Below, piece by piece: positions 20,348 to 33,963 of a DNA stretch of 64,000 nucleotides (position 1 is the stretch's first letter; every line of letters begins with the position of its first letter). The notes beneath the pieces were generated by a model. The model was not told the origin of the DNA, did not search any database, and was given only the letters and a program-made list of their open reading frames with translations. The DNA is taken from positions 288,001 to 352,000 of the forward strand of contig CAWBMV010000006.1 of NCBI GenBank assembly GCA_963789955.1. The letters are read 5' to 3'. The stretch is from an uncultured Candidatus Rokubacteria bacterium. Lineage in GTDB: Bacteria > Methylomirabilota > Methylomirabilia > Rokubacteriales > CSP1-6. A program made the translations under genes and the position numbers.

Positions 20348-20692
20348 ATGCGGAGAGCGCTCACGCTCCTGATTGCAGCACTTCTGGCCAGCGTCGTGGC
20401 GGTCGCGGGCACCGCGGTGGCGGCCGATGCGCCGCCGGAGATTGCGCTCACGATCGACAAGGACCAGTTCCAGCCCAGCGAGGTCAAGGTGAAGGCCAAC
20501 ACGCCGTTCGTGCTCGTCGTGACGAACAAAGGCGCCAAGGCGGCGGAGTTCGAGAGCAAGGACCTCCGCGTCGAGAAGGTCGTGCCGGCCGGCAAGACCG
20601 TCAACGTCCGGATCCGCGCCCTGAAGCCCGGCAGCTACGCGTTCTTTGACGACTTCAACAAGGCCGCGACCGGCCGGATCGTCGCCGAGTAG
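20348..20692 (+). CDS. Periplasmic cupredoxin-domain protein (EfeO/FtrB-type)
   Basis: Signal peptide; AEFESKDLRVEKVV and PGSYAFFDDF motifs; adjacent to FTR1. Confidence 0.88.
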   Translation: MRRALTLLIAALLASVVAVAGTAVAADAPPEIALTIDKDQFQPSEVKVKANTPFVLVVTNKGAKAAEFESKDLRVEKVVPAGKTVNVRIRALKPGSYAFFDDFNKAATGRIVAE

Positions 20693-20709
20693 CCTCCAGG
20701 CGCCGCCTC

Positions 20710-21564
20710 ATGGGTGGGACCTTCGTCATCACGCTTCGCGAGGGCTTCGAAGCCGCCCTCATCCTCGGCATCGTCTACACGTATCTGCAGAAGATCGGCG
20801 CTCAGCGCCACTATCGCTACGCCACCCGCGGGGGGGTGCTCGGCGTGCTCGCCAGCATCGCGCTCGGCGTGGTCGTCACCGCGTTGTCCGGGCCGCTCCT
20901 CGATCTGGGCCCCGACATCATCGGGCTCGCCGTGATCTTCGTGGCGGTCGTCGTCCTCACCTGGCACGGGTACTGGATGCGGCAGCACGCCCGGGCCATG
21001 AAGGGTGACGTCCAGCGGAAGATCGACGAGGCACAGACGAACCATCGCATGTGGATCATCGGCGTGATCGCGTTCACCGGCGTGTTTCGCGAAGGCGCCG
21101 AGACCGTGCTGTTCCTGTGGGGGCTCCTGACCCAGGCCACGTCCACGTCCGGATGGGCGAGCGCCCTCGGCGCCGTCCTCGGCCTGATCATGGCAGCCTC
21201 GCTCGGCTGGGCGATCTTCCGGGGCGGACGGCACGTCAGCCTGCAGCGGTTCTTCGGCGTGACGTCGATCTTTCTCCTGCTCCTGGCCGCCGGCATGTTC
21301 AGCACCGGTATCGGCCGGCTCGAGGTCATGGGGTTCCTGCCGGCGACACCGACCGCGTGGGACACCTCGTTCCTGCTCGACGATCACGGCTTCATCGGTG
21401 GATTCCTGAACGGGCTGATCGGCTACCGTTCGCGACCGTCGGTGCTCGAGGCCGGCAGCTACGTCCTCTATCTGGCCGTGGCGGGGTTCCTGCTGTTCCG
21501 CTCGGGCTCGTCGAGCCCTCGTTCGGACGCGCCGAAGGGACGTATTCCGGCTCACGCCGTCTGA
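20710..21564 (+). CDS. FTR1/EfeU family iron permease
   Basis: Two RExxE motifs (LREGFE, FREGAE). Confidence 0.93.
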   Translation: MGGTFVITLREGFEAALILGIVYTYLQKIGAQRHYRYATRGGVLGVLASIALGVVVTALSGPLLDLGPDIIGLAVIFVAVVVLTWHGYWMRQHARAMKGDVQRKIDEAQTNHRMWIIGVIAFTGVFREGAETVLFLWGLLTQATSTSGWASALGAVLGLIMAASLGWAIFRGGRHVSLQRFFGVTSIFLLLLAAGMFSTGIGRLEVMGFLPATPTAWDTSFLLDDHGFIGGFLNGLIGYRSRPSVLEAGSYVLYLAVAGFLLFRSGSSSPRSDAPKGRIPAHAV

Positions 21565-21590
21565 CAGGCCGCGCCCCCAGGCACGCGGCT

Positions 21591-21618
21591 TTGACTTCGA
21601 GCGATCACGCGCTACCAT
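21591..21618 (+). promoter_or_regulatory. Sigma70-like promoter TTGACT-N16-TACCAT
   Basis: Upstream of SBP gene; same -10 as the paralog promoter at 26903. Confidence 0.5.
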
Positions 21619-21674
21619 CCTGCCGACTCCAGACCGAATCGAGGGACGACTTGAAGCCTCAGCGAGGAGGCAGC

Positions 21675-23302
21675 ATGGTGGCCCAGTCGATCGATCGTCG
21701 AGCATTTCTCACCGGAGCGGCGGCGACGGCCGCAGCCGTCGCGGCGGCGCCGCTCATCAAGCCTTCACGCGCCGTCGCCGCCGGCGAGCGGTTAGTCGTC
21801 GCTGTGGGGCAGTGGGGCATCGAGACGCCGTTCGCGTGGCGCTCCAGCCAGTCCGAGAAGACCCTGTGGGACTGCGTCTACGATCCGTTGATCATGCGCG
21901 ATCCCAAGACCTTCGAGTATCGTCCGGGGCTCGCCACCGAATGGAAGCCCTCGAACGAGCTGCAGGACGTGGACCTTCAAGCTGCGCTCGGGCGTGCAGT
22001 TCCACGAGGGCTTCGGCGAGATGACCGCCGAGGACGTCAAGTTCACCGTCGAGCAGAACCTCAAGCCCGACTCGCAGGGCGGGTCGGCGCCGTTCTTTCG
22101 CACCCATCTCGATCGCATCGAGACGCCAGACAAGCACACGGTGGTGATGCACTTCAAGAATCGGGTCTGGGAAGTGCCCTCGAACTTCACCCAGTTCGTC
22201 GGCTACCAGAACATCACCTCGAAGAAGTACATCGAGTCGGTGGGGGAGGACAAAGCCGCGCTGCACCCGATCGGCACCGGGCCGTTCCGCCACGTGGAAG
22301 GCAAGCAGGGCGACTACCATCGCTTCGAGGCGATCGCCAACCACTGGCGCAAGACGCCCGCCTTCAAGGAGCTCGTCATCCGGCGAATCCCGGACCCGGC
22401 GACGCGCCTGGCCGGGCTCCGATCGGGTGAGATCGACATCGGCAACGTGTTCGGCGACTACCTGGATCAAGCGAAGAAGGCGGGGCTTCGGATTCACGAG
22501 GCGCCGAACGCCGCCTGTCACTGGGTGGTCTGCAAGGTCAGACGACGCCGGACCGTGAAGACTACTGCCCGACGTGTCCGTGGGCGGGCGATCCCGAGTG
22601 ATCCCAAGAGCCTCGAGAACGCGCGCAAGGTGAGGCTGGCGCTGAACCTGGCGGTCAACAAGAAGACGATCATCAGCGCGCTCTGGAAAGGGCTGGGCTC
22701 GGACGCGCCGTTCATGTACTGGTACCTGCCCTTCCACAAGGGCTTCAAGACCGACTGGAAGGTCCCGCCGTACGATCCCGAGCGCGCCAAGAAGCTCCTG
22801 GCCGAAGCCGGACACGCCGGAGGCTTCGAGGTCCGCATGAATCCGCTGGTGATGACCTACGCCCTCGACGGCCCCGACATGGTCGAGGCGGTCGCGCTGG
22901 ACTGGGAGAAGGTCGGCATCAAGGTCCGGCGCGTGCCGGAAGCCTTCAGCAACTTCCTGCCGAAGAACCGCGCCCGCAAGACGAACAAGACCCACTGGGT
23001 CTACGGCTCGCCGCCGTTCGACGAGCCCGTGCCTCGGCTGGCAGCGAACGATCCACACGAAGGGCGCGTTCAATCTCCTCTGCGACGGTCCCTACGACGA
23101 AGACGTCGACACGATCTCGCGCGAGCTCGACGCCGAGAAGCGCGCGCGGCTGACCCAGGCGCTCGGCCAGAAGCTCTACGACGACTACCGCGGCGTGATG
23201 CTCGGGGTGCGGTCAATCACGTGGGCGGTGAGCAAGAAGGTCAACAGCTGGCAGACCCTGGTCTACGTGCCGCTCGAGAACAACTACGAATACGTGAGCT
23301 GA
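21675..23302 (+). CDS. ABC substrate-binding protein family 5, Tat signal, several frameshifts (paralog of 26966-28607)
   Basis: DRRAFL signal; FHEGFG and PIGTGPF motifs; ends PLENNYEYVS. Confidence 0.88.
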
Positions 23303-23318
23303 TCGAAGAGGAGGGCGT

Positions 23319-24847
23319 ATGAGCCTGCGGAACATCGCTTCGCTCCTGACGGCCGTCCTGCTCGCGCTCGCCGTGAACACGGCCGGCGCCGCCCAGCCCG
23401 GCGAAGCGGTGATGGCGTGGCACGTCACGCTCTCGCCGACGTGGTTCGATCCGTCCACGGCCCCGCCGCAGATCACGCCGTTCGGGATGCTCTACGCCCT
23501 CCACGACGCGATGGTTCGGCCGCTGCCCGGCAGCAAGATGGCGCCGAGCCTCGCGGAGTCGTGGCGGGAGAGCCCCGATGGTCTCACCTACGAGTTCAAG
23601 CTTCGGCCCGGGCTCAAGTTCCACAACGGCGATCCGGTCACGACCGACGACGTGAAGTTCAGCTACGAGCGCTACCGGGGCGCGGGCGCGAAGGAGCTCC
23701 AGGCGCGCGTCAAGCAGGTCGACGTCGTCGATCCGCTCACGATCCGCTTTCAGCTCAAGGAGCCGTGGCCGGACTTCATGACCTTCTACGGCACGACCGC
23801 CACCGCGGCCGGCCTCGTCGTGCCCGAAGAAATACCTCACGCAGGTCGGCGACGACGCCTTTCGCAAGAGCCCGATCGGCGCCGGCCCGTACAAGTTCGT
23901 GAGCCACACGCCCGGCGTCGAGGTCGTGCTGGACGCGTATCCGGGCTACTGGCGGCACGCTCCGTACGTCAAGCGCCTGGTCATGAAGAGCGTCACCGAC
24001 GGGACCACCCGCGCGGCGATGCTGAGGACGGGCGAGGCGGACATCTCCTACGCCCTCGACGGCCCCGACGCCGAGAACGTGAAGCGCGACCCGCGCGTGC
24101 AGATCGTGGCCTCGCGGCACGCCTCGATCAACTGGCTCGAGTTCGCGGATCAGTGGGATCCGAAGTCGCCCTGGAGCGACCGGCGGCTGCGGCTGGCGGT
24201 CAACCACGCGATCAACCGCAAGGCGATCAACGACGCCGCTTGTCTCGGCTTCTGCCCGCCCGCGGGGGTCATCGTGCCGCGGGTGATGGAGTTCGCGCTC
24301 CAGGTCGAGCCGCCGGCCTTCGATCCGGCGAAGGCCAAACAGCTCCTGGCGGACGCCGGGTACCCGAACGGAATCGACGCGGGCGATCTCGTCCCGATCC
24401 CGCCGTTCTTCACGATGGGCGAGGCGGTCGTGAACTATCTCAACGCGGTCGGGATCCGCGTGACGATGCGCCAGATGGAGCGCGCAACCTTCTATACGGC
24501 CTGGCGCGAGCGGAAGCTCCGTCCGCTGTTCATCACGGGTGTCGGCAACTCGGGCAACGCCGCGAGCCGGGTGCAGGAGTTCATCTTCTCCAAGGGGACC
24601 TATGCCTACGGCGGCTACCCGGACATCGACGACCTGTTCGAGCAGCAGGCGCGGGAGCGCGACACCGCGCAGGCGCGAAGCGCTGCTCCACAAGATCCAG
24701 CAGCTCACGATCGACCGGGTGATGTTCGCGCCGATCATGGATTTTCGCGCGCTGATGGGCGTCGGGCCGCGCGTCGCGGAGCACACGATCACGTCGATCC
24801 ACAACTCGCCGTTTCCGTCCTACGAGGACATGCGCCTCAAGGACTAG
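23319..24847 (+). CDS. ABC substrate-binding protein family 5, frameshifted
   Basis: Signal peptide; PSLAESW, YEFKLRPGLKFHNG and PIGAGPYK motifs. Confidence 0.88.
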
Positions 24848-26860
24848 CGGGTCGTGGGCGAGCCCGGCCTCAGATCGTAGAGCCGCATGCCGTTTCTCCG
24901 GCCGCCGAGCGCGCTCGAGCGCCAGAGCGTCGGGTCGACGAGCCGCCCCTTCTCCTGCACCCACTCGGTGATCGGTCGCGCGGCCTCGTCGGCGCCGAGC
25001 CGCCGGCTGATGAGCTGCGCGTCGCCGACCATCACGAAGCGGACCTGCCGCGCCTCGACCATCCGGGCGAGCTTGTCGGGTGTCAGGATCGGATCCAGCC
25101 CATGAAAGCCGCCCATCGCCATCACCGAATGCCCGGAGCCGATGATGATCGGCGCCGCCAGGCGCGTCGTCGTGGTGGCGAGCAGATAGCGCTCTCCCGC
25201 GTGATTCGCCTCGAGGAACGCGACGAGCCCTGACGGATCGTACGGTTCGACCATGTCGGGGGCGCGCGGGTGGCTCGCCGGCGATCGGAAGCGATCCGGG
25301 CCAGATCGGCCGACGGGATCGAGCCGGCGCCGGGCACCAGCACGCTGCTCAGGGCCCAGGCGGCCGGGACCAGCAGCATCGCGACCAGTCCGATCGCCAC
25401 GGCGCCGGCCGCGATCACGCGAGGCCGCGGACCGAGCGGCCGCGAAGGATCGGGAAGCCGGGTGACGAGCATCACCAGGAGCACGCCCGGCCGAGACCAG
25501 CGCGCCGCCGATGAGGAACGCGTGGAGCGGATGGTACTCGCTGAGCGTCCATCCCAGGGCGCTCGCGTCGATGTAGACCTGCCACGCCGCCGTCAGAAGA
25601 ATCGACACGGGCAGGAGCACCGCGTACCGGGCGCCACGGAGCAACGATTCGCACAGGCTCACGAGGCCGATGCCGGCGAGCGCCGCGAGCGGCGGCGCCA
25701 TCGTGGCGAGATAGTAGAAGTGGAAGAAGCCTCCCGCATAGCTGTAGACCACGCCGTACGTGACGAGCCAGCCGGCCCACAGGAGCACCGCGAGGCGTGT
25801 CGGAGACGACCCCTCGCGAGCGCGATCCCGCGACGCGCCGAGCACCAGCCCGGCCAGCGCGAACGGCAAGAGCCAGCCGACCTGCCCGGCGAGCTGGCCG
25901 TCGGCGAGCCGCAGCGCTCCCGCCGGCGCCTGCACGAATAGTCGTGAGAAACCGCGGCGCGGTCCCGGCGCGGCCGCGCGGTCCGTCACCGCCGGCGGTC
26001 TGCGTCGCCGACGCGCCCCGGGACGCTCGCCGACGCGATCGACGCGCTCCTGAACTCGGCCGAGCGAATGAATCGGCCGATGCCGTAGGGGCCGACCGCG
26101 AGCTCGAGCATCGAGTTCTTGTTGGTCGTGCCGGCGTACGGGCGCCGATCCGGCGGCGTGAGATCGTAGGCCAGCACCCAGCTCGCCGACACCACGGCCA
26201 GCACGACGCCCGCGACGGCGAGGTCGACGATGCGGCGTCGCCATGTCAGCGGCGCGCCGACGAAGTAGACCAGCGCGAAGGTCGGCAGCACGACGAACGC
26301 GGCGAGCATCTTCACGTTGAACCCGACGACCGACCAGGCCCATGGCGAGCGCGAGGAGGAGCAGGCTGCCCTTCTCGACGGCGAGCGTGAGCGCCCACGC
26401 CGCCAGGAGCAGAACCAGCACGAGGCAGCTGTCGGTGTTGCTCGAGCGGTCGATCGCGACGCTCACCGGGGTGAGAGCCAGGAAGAGCGCCGCCAGCAAG
26501 CCGGCGGCGGCGCCGAATCGGCGCTGAACGAGGTGGTAGAGGAGCGCCACGGCGGCCGACGCCTTCCAGCGCCTGCGGCCCCAGCACGCTCAGCGCGTGA
26601 AAGCCGAAGAGCTTGACGCTCGCCACCTGGATCCAGAGCGCGACGGGCGGCTTGTCGACCGAGATGAAGCCGGCCGGATCGAACGAGTTGTAGAGGAAGT
26701 TGTGCCAGCTCAGGCTCATGCTGCGGACACCGGCCGTGTAGTACTCGTTGCCGAAGCCGTTCTGGCTCAGGCGCCAGAGCCGGAGCGCCGCCGCGGTCGT
26801 CAGAACGGCGAACAGTCCCAGCCCCAGCGGTGGTCGCCAGCTCGGCTTCGCGCGGTCCAT
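24844..26860 (-). CDS. Glycosyltransferase family 39 (ArnT/PMT-like membrane GT), several frameshifts
   Basis: NEYYTAGVRSM, FISVDKPP, FNVKML, FFHFYY and VMAMGGF motifs. Confidence 0.85.
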
Positions 26861-26902
26861 AGGCGGCACGAGGATACTAAGACGTCGCCTCGGTTGTCGC
26901 CG

Positions 26903-26931
26903 TTGACACGCCCGGCGGCCCCTCTTACCAT
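26903..26931 (+). promoter_or_regulatory. Sigma70 promoter TTGACA-N17-TACCAT
   Basis: Consensus -35 with 17-bp spacer, 34 nt upstream of the SBP ATG. Confidence 0.65.
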
Positions 26932-26965
26932 CCGGCCACATTCGCTTTGCCGGAGGATGCCGACC

Positions 26966-28607
26966 ATGGCCCGATCTCTCAATCGCCGTGCGTTCTTGAA
27001 GCGCGCCGGTGCCGCGACGGCCGCCGTCATGGGCGCTCCGTTCATCTCGTCGACTCGCCCCGCCCGCGCCGCGGCCGGCGACCGCCTGGTCGTGGCCGTC
27101 GGGCAGTGGGGCACCGAGACGCCGTTCGCCTGGCGAACAGTTCAGGCCGAGAAGCCTCTCTGGGACTGCATCTACGATCCGCTCATCCAGCGGGACCCGA
27201 AGACGTTCGAGTACCGTCCCGGGCTCGCGACCGAATGGAAGCCGTCGAACGAGCTCAAGACGTGGACGTTCAAGCTGCGCTCCGGCGTGAAGTTCCACGA
27301 GGGGTGGGGCGATCTCACGCTCCGAGGACGTGAAGTTCACGGTCGAGCAGAACCTCAAGCCGGACGCGGGCGGCGGCTCGTCGCCGTTCTTCCGGATGCA
27401 GCTCGACCGCATCGAGACGCCCGACAAGCTCACGGTCGTCATGCACTTCAAGAACCGCGTCTGGGAAGTGCCCTCGCTGTTCACCCAGTTCGTCGGCTAC
27501 CAGAACATCGTCCCGAAGAAGTATCTGGAGACCGCCGGCGAGGAGAAGGCGGCGCTCCACCCGATCGGCACCGGACCGTATCACCACGTCGAGGGCCGCC
27601 AGGGTGACTTCCATCGTTTCGAGGCCGTCGCGAACCACTGGCGCAAGACGCCGGACTTCAAGGAGCTGGTCATTCGCCGGATTCCCGACCCGGCCACCCG
27701 GCTGACGGGCCTGCGCGCCGGCGAGATCGACATCGGGATCGTGTTCGGCGACTACCTCGACCAGGCGCACGAAGTCCGGGCTTCGCCTGCACGACGCGCG
27801 AACGCCGCGTGCTACTGGGTGATCCTGAGCGGCCAGACGACGTCCGACAAGGAGGACTATTGTCCGACGTGTCCCTGGGCCGGCGACCCGCAACGATCCG
27901 AAGAGCCGCGAGAACGCGCGCAAGGTCCGGCTGGCGATGAATCTCGCCGTCAACAAGAAGGCGATCATCAACGCGCTCTGGAAGGGCAAGGGCTCCGAGA
28001 CGCCGTTCTCGTACTACTACTATCCGTTCCACAAGGGCTACCGCACGGACTGGAAGATCCCGCCCTACGATCCGGAGCGCGCGAAGAAGCTCCTGGCCGA
28101 AGCCGGGACACGCCGGCGGCTTCGAGGTCCGCGTGAACCCGATGGTGATGGTCTACGCGCTCGACGGCCCGGACATCATGGAGGCGGTCGCGCTCGACTG
28201 GGAGAAGGTGGGGATCAAGCCCAAGCGCTTCCCGGAGATGACCAGCACGTTCGGGCCCAAGAGCCGCAACCGCAAGACGAACAAGACGCACTGGGTGTAC
28301 GGCTCGCCGCCGTTCGACGAGCCGGTCCTGGCCTGGAACCGGATCATCCACTCCAAGGGCGCGTTCAATCTCGTCGCCGAGGGACCGTTCGACGAGGACA
28401 TCGACACGATCATGAAGGAGTTCGACATCGCGCAAGCGCGCGAACCTCACGAGCGCGCTCGGCCAGAAGCTCTACGACGGCTACTACGGCGTGATGATCG
28501 GGATGAAGTCGATCACGTGGGCGATGACCAAGAAGGTCGGCGGCTGGCAGTCGCTCGCCTACGTACCGCTCGAGAACAACTACGAGTACGTGAGCCCGGC
28601 GAGCTAG
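26966..28607 (+). CDS. ABC substrate-binding protein family 5, Tat signal, several frameshifts
   Basis: NRRAFLK signal; closely similar to 21675-23302 along its length. Confidence 0.88.
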
Positions 28608-28613
28608 ACCGTC

Positions 28614-29784
28614 TTGAAGCGGAGCACCGACCGCATTCTGACGACCCACGCGGGAAGCCTCCCGCGCCCGGGTGACCTGCTCGAGCTGATCCAGGCCAAG
28701 GCGACCGGCCGGCCCTACGATCAGGACGCCTTCGCCGCGCGGGTGAGACGAGCGGTCGAGGACATCGTGCGCAAGCAGGCCGAGCTCGGCGTCGACGTCG
28801 TCGACGACGGCGAGATGGGCAAGCCCGGCTTCATTCCGTACGTCAACGAGCGCCTGTCCGGGTTCGAGCCCGACCCGCAGGGCCGGATCAGCCCGTGGAG
28901 CGGCTCGCGCGAGGTGCAAGCCTTCCCCGAGTTCTACGAGTGGTTCGCGCGCGCGATGCCGAGCCCCGCCGTGCGGTCGCTGCACATGGTGTGCACCGGC
29001 CCGATCGTCTACACAGGGCACAAGCACGTCCAGGCCGACATCGAGAACCTCAAGGCCTCGCTGGGAGCGACGAACGCTCAGGAGGCGTTCATCCCGGCGA
29101 TCTCGCCGACCAGCATCGAGGACTGGCAGCGCAACGCCTACTACAAGACCGACGAGGAATACCTCGCCGCGATCGCGGAGGCGATGCACGAGGAGTACAA
29201 GGCGATCGTCGACGCCGGCTTCCTGGTGCAGATCGACGATCCGCATCTGGCGACCCACTACGTGTCGCGGCCGGATCTCAGTGTCGACCAGGTACGGCGC
29301 TGGGCGGAGGTGCGCGTGGAGGCGCTCAACCACGCGCTGCGCGGGCTGCCGCGCGACCGGATCCGCTGGCACACCTGCTACGGCATCAACATCGGCCCGC
29401 GCGTGCACGACCTCGAGCTGAAGCATTTCGTCGATGTGATGCTGAAGATCCGCGCCGGCGCCTACTCGTTCGAGGCCGCGAACCCGCGCCACGAGCACGA
29501 GTGGCGGGTGTGGGAGAACGTCGAAGCTCCCGGAAGGAGCCGTCTTGATTCCCGGCACGATCACGCAGTCGACCGTCCTCGTCGAGCACCCCGAGCTGGT
29601 GGCCGATCGCATCGGCCGATTCGCCCGCGCCGTCGGACGCGAGAACGTCATCGCCGGCGCCGACTGCGGCTTCGCGACCTTCGCCGGCTCGACCGAGATC
29701 CATCCGAGCGTGGTCTGGGCGAAGTTCGAGGCGCTCGTCGAAGGCGCGCGAATCGCGACCCGGCAGCTCTGGGGAAGGAGCTGA
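28614..29784 (+). CDS. Cobalamin-independent methionine synthase II family protein, frameshift near 29525
   Basis: RILTTHAGSLPRP, DGEMGK, QIDDP, HTCYG, FEAANPRHEHE and GADCGF motifs. Confidence 0.9.
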
Positions 29785-29786
29785 CC

Positions 29787-30131
29787 ATGGCCGAGGCGCC
29801 CCGACCTCCGGCCGCGCTCCGGAGCGATGACATCGGCTGGCGTGCCCTGCCGACGCGTGGCGCGGCCGTCAAGGTCCTCCGCCACGACAAGGACACCGGC
29901 GGCTCCACGGCGCTCGTGCGATTCGACGCCGGCACGCGCTTTCCGGCTCACAACCACCCGGCCGGCGAGGAGATCTTCGTCGTCGAGGGCGACCTGCACG
30001 TGGGGCGCGAGCACCTGAAGGCCGGCGACTATCTCTACACGCCGCCCGACGTCAAGCACGCGGCCTCCAGCGAGGGCGGGTGCGTCTTCCTGGTCACTCT
30101 GCCGAAGCCGGTCGAGTTCCTCGAGGGCTGA
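29787..30131 (+). CDS. ChrR-like cupin domain protein
   Basis: FPAHNHPAGEEIFVVEG and PPDVKH motifs. Confidence 0.85.
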   Translation: MAEAPRPPAALRSDDIGWRALPTRGAAVKVLRHDKDTGGSTALVRFDAGTRFPAHNHPAGEEIFVVEGDLHVGREHLKAGDYLYTPPDVKHAASSEGGCVFLVTLPKPVEFLEG

Positions 30132-30137
30132 GCCACG

Positions 30138-31058
30138 ATGCAGCGCTTCATCATCGGGCGCGTGATCCAGTCGATCGTGTCGATGTTCGTGGTGTCGATC
30201 GTGGTCTTCGCGCTCGTGCGCCTCTCCGGTGACCCGATCCAGATCATGATGCCGGCCGAGGCGTCGAAGGCGGACATCGAGCTCGTGCGCGCGCACCTCG
30301 GCCTGGATCGGCCGTGGACCGTGCAGTACTGGCGCTTCCTGACCCAGGCGCTCCAGGGGGATTTCGGCCGCTCCGTGCGCTTTCGCCGCCCGGCCCTCGA
30401 CCTGGTGGCCGAGCGCTACGGCGCCACCCTGGAGCTCGGCGGCCTGGCGGTGCTCATCGTGATCGGGCTCGCGCTGCCGGTCGGCGTCTACTCCGCCGTC
30501 CGGCGCGGCAGCGCGCTCGACTACGCCGCGCGGGCCTTCGCGGCGTTCGGCCAGGCGGTGCCGCCGTTCTGGCTCGGCTTGGTGCTCGTCCTCATCTTCG
30601 GCGTCATGCTCCATCTGCTGCCGACGTCCGGACGCGGCACGCCGCTGCACGTCCTCTTGCCCGGCATCACGCTCGGCTGGTTCGCGGTCGCCGGGCTCAT
30701 GCGGCTCACGCGCTCGTCGATGCTCGACGTGCTCGGCAGCGAGTACGTCAAGCTCGCGCGCATCAAAGGCCTGCCCGAGCGCCGGGTGATCTGGCGCCAC
30801 GCCTTCAAGAACGCGGCGCTGCCGGTGGTGACGTTCGCGGCTCTTCTGTTCGTGGCGCTGCTGAACGGCTCGATCATCGTGGAGACCGTGTTCGGCTGGC
30901 CCGGCCTCGGGCTCCTGGTGATCGAGGCGGTCGACTCGCGCGACTATCCGATCGTGCAGACCGTCGTGCTGTGCCTGTCCGCGATGTACATCGGCGTCAA
31001 TCTGCTGGTGGATATCCTCTACGCGTACCTGAACCCGAAGATCCGGTACTCGCGATGA
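30138..31058 (+). CDS. ABC transporter permease (DppB-like)
   Basis: SGDP, PPFWLG and YVKLARIKGL motifs. Confidence 0.93.
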   Translation: MQRFIIGRVIQSIVSMFVVSIVVFALVRLSGDPIQIMMPAEASKADIELVRAHLGLDRPWTVQYWRFLTQALQGDFGRSVRFRRPALDLVAERYGATLELGGLAVLIVIGLALPVGVYSAVRRGSALDYAARAFAAFGQAVPPFWLGLVLVLIFGVMLHLLPTSGRGTPLHVLLPGITLGWFAVAGLMRLTRSSMLDVLGSEYVKLARIKGLPERRVIWRHAFKNAALPVVTFAALLFVALLNGSIIVETVFGWPGLGLLVIEAVDSRDYPIVQTVVLCLSAMYIGVNLLVDILYAYLNPKIRYSR

Positions 31059-31933
31059 GCGGGGCCGCCGCGACCGAGACCGCGCTCCTCCAGCGACGAG
31101 CCGGCGAGCGGCGCTGGCCGCCCATCGTGCCGCTCGCGGTCGTCGTCGCGCTCGTGCTCTGCGCGCTCCTGGCGCCGGTGCTGGCGCCGCACTCGCCGGT
31201 CGAGGGCTCGCTCGGCGACCGGCTGGCGTCACCGATCGGGCTCGAGGGCTCCAAGCCCGGCCACCTGCTCGGCACCGATCGCCACGGCCGCGACACCTTG
31301 AGCCGGCTGCTCTACGGCGCGAGGATCTCGCTGGCCGTCTCGGTCGTCGGCATCACGTTGACGGGCGCGGCGGGCAGCCTCATCGGCCTCCTGGCCGGCT
31401 TCTTCGGCGGCTGGGTCGACACCGTGCTGATGCGGCTGGCCGACATCTCGCTGTCGCTCCCGGGCATTCTCATCGCGGTGCTGCTGTCGGTCGTCTTCGA
31501 GCCGTCGTTCACGAACGTGATCATCGTGGTCGTGTTCCTGCTATGGCCGAGCTACGCGCGGCTCACACGGGGCGAGACGCTCGGTATCAAGCAGCAGGAG
31601 TTCGTGTCGCTGGCGCGGATCGCCGGCTGCTCGAACACGAGGATCATGTTCCGTCACATCCTGCCGAACCTCGCGCCGTCGATCCTGGTGCTCGCCACCT
31701 TGCACGTCGGCTACGTCATCGTGCTCGAGGCCGCGCTCTCCTTCCTGGGCGTCGGCATTCCGCCGCCGACTCCATCGTGGGGCGTGATGGTCGCCGACGG
31801 CCGGGGATTGATCGAGCAGGCCTGGTGGGTCTCGATCCTGCCGGGCATCGCGATCCTCGTGACGGTGCTCTCCCTGAACATCCTCGGCGATTGGGTGCGC
31901 GACCGTCTCGATCCCAAGCTTCGGCAGGTCTGA
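31055..31933 (+). CDS. ABC transporter permease (DppC-like)
   Basis: LLGTDRHGRDTLSRLLYG and PTPSWG motifs. Confidence 0.93.
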   Translation: MSGAAATETALLQRRAGERRWPPIVPLAVVVALVLCALLAPVLAPHSPVEGSLGDRLASPIGLEGSKPGHLLGTDRHGRDTLSRLLYGARISLAVSVVGITLTGAAGSLIGLLAGFFGGWVDTVLMRLADISLSLPGILIAVLLSVVFEPSFTNVIIVVVFLLWPSYARLTRGETLGIKQQEFVSLARIAGCSNTRIMFRHILPNLAPSILVLATLHVGYVIVLEAALSFLGVGIPPPTPSWGVMVADGRGLIEQAWWVSILPGIAILVTVLSLNILGDWVRDRLDPKLRQV

Positions 31934-31940
31934 GCCGGCC

Positions 31941-33950
<2,010 letters not shown>

Positions 33951-33963
<13 letters not shown>

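Noticed and set aside
28614..30131. MetE-cupin fusion (505 aa)
   Set aside because: Caused by a frameshift near 29525; the MetE-like C-terminus ends at 29784 and the cupin has its own RBS and ATG
28410..31232. 940-aa antisense ORF and similar Arg/Ala/Pro-rich alternate-frame ORFs
   Set aside because: These are GC-rich shadow frames of well-supported genes and carry no recognisable motifs
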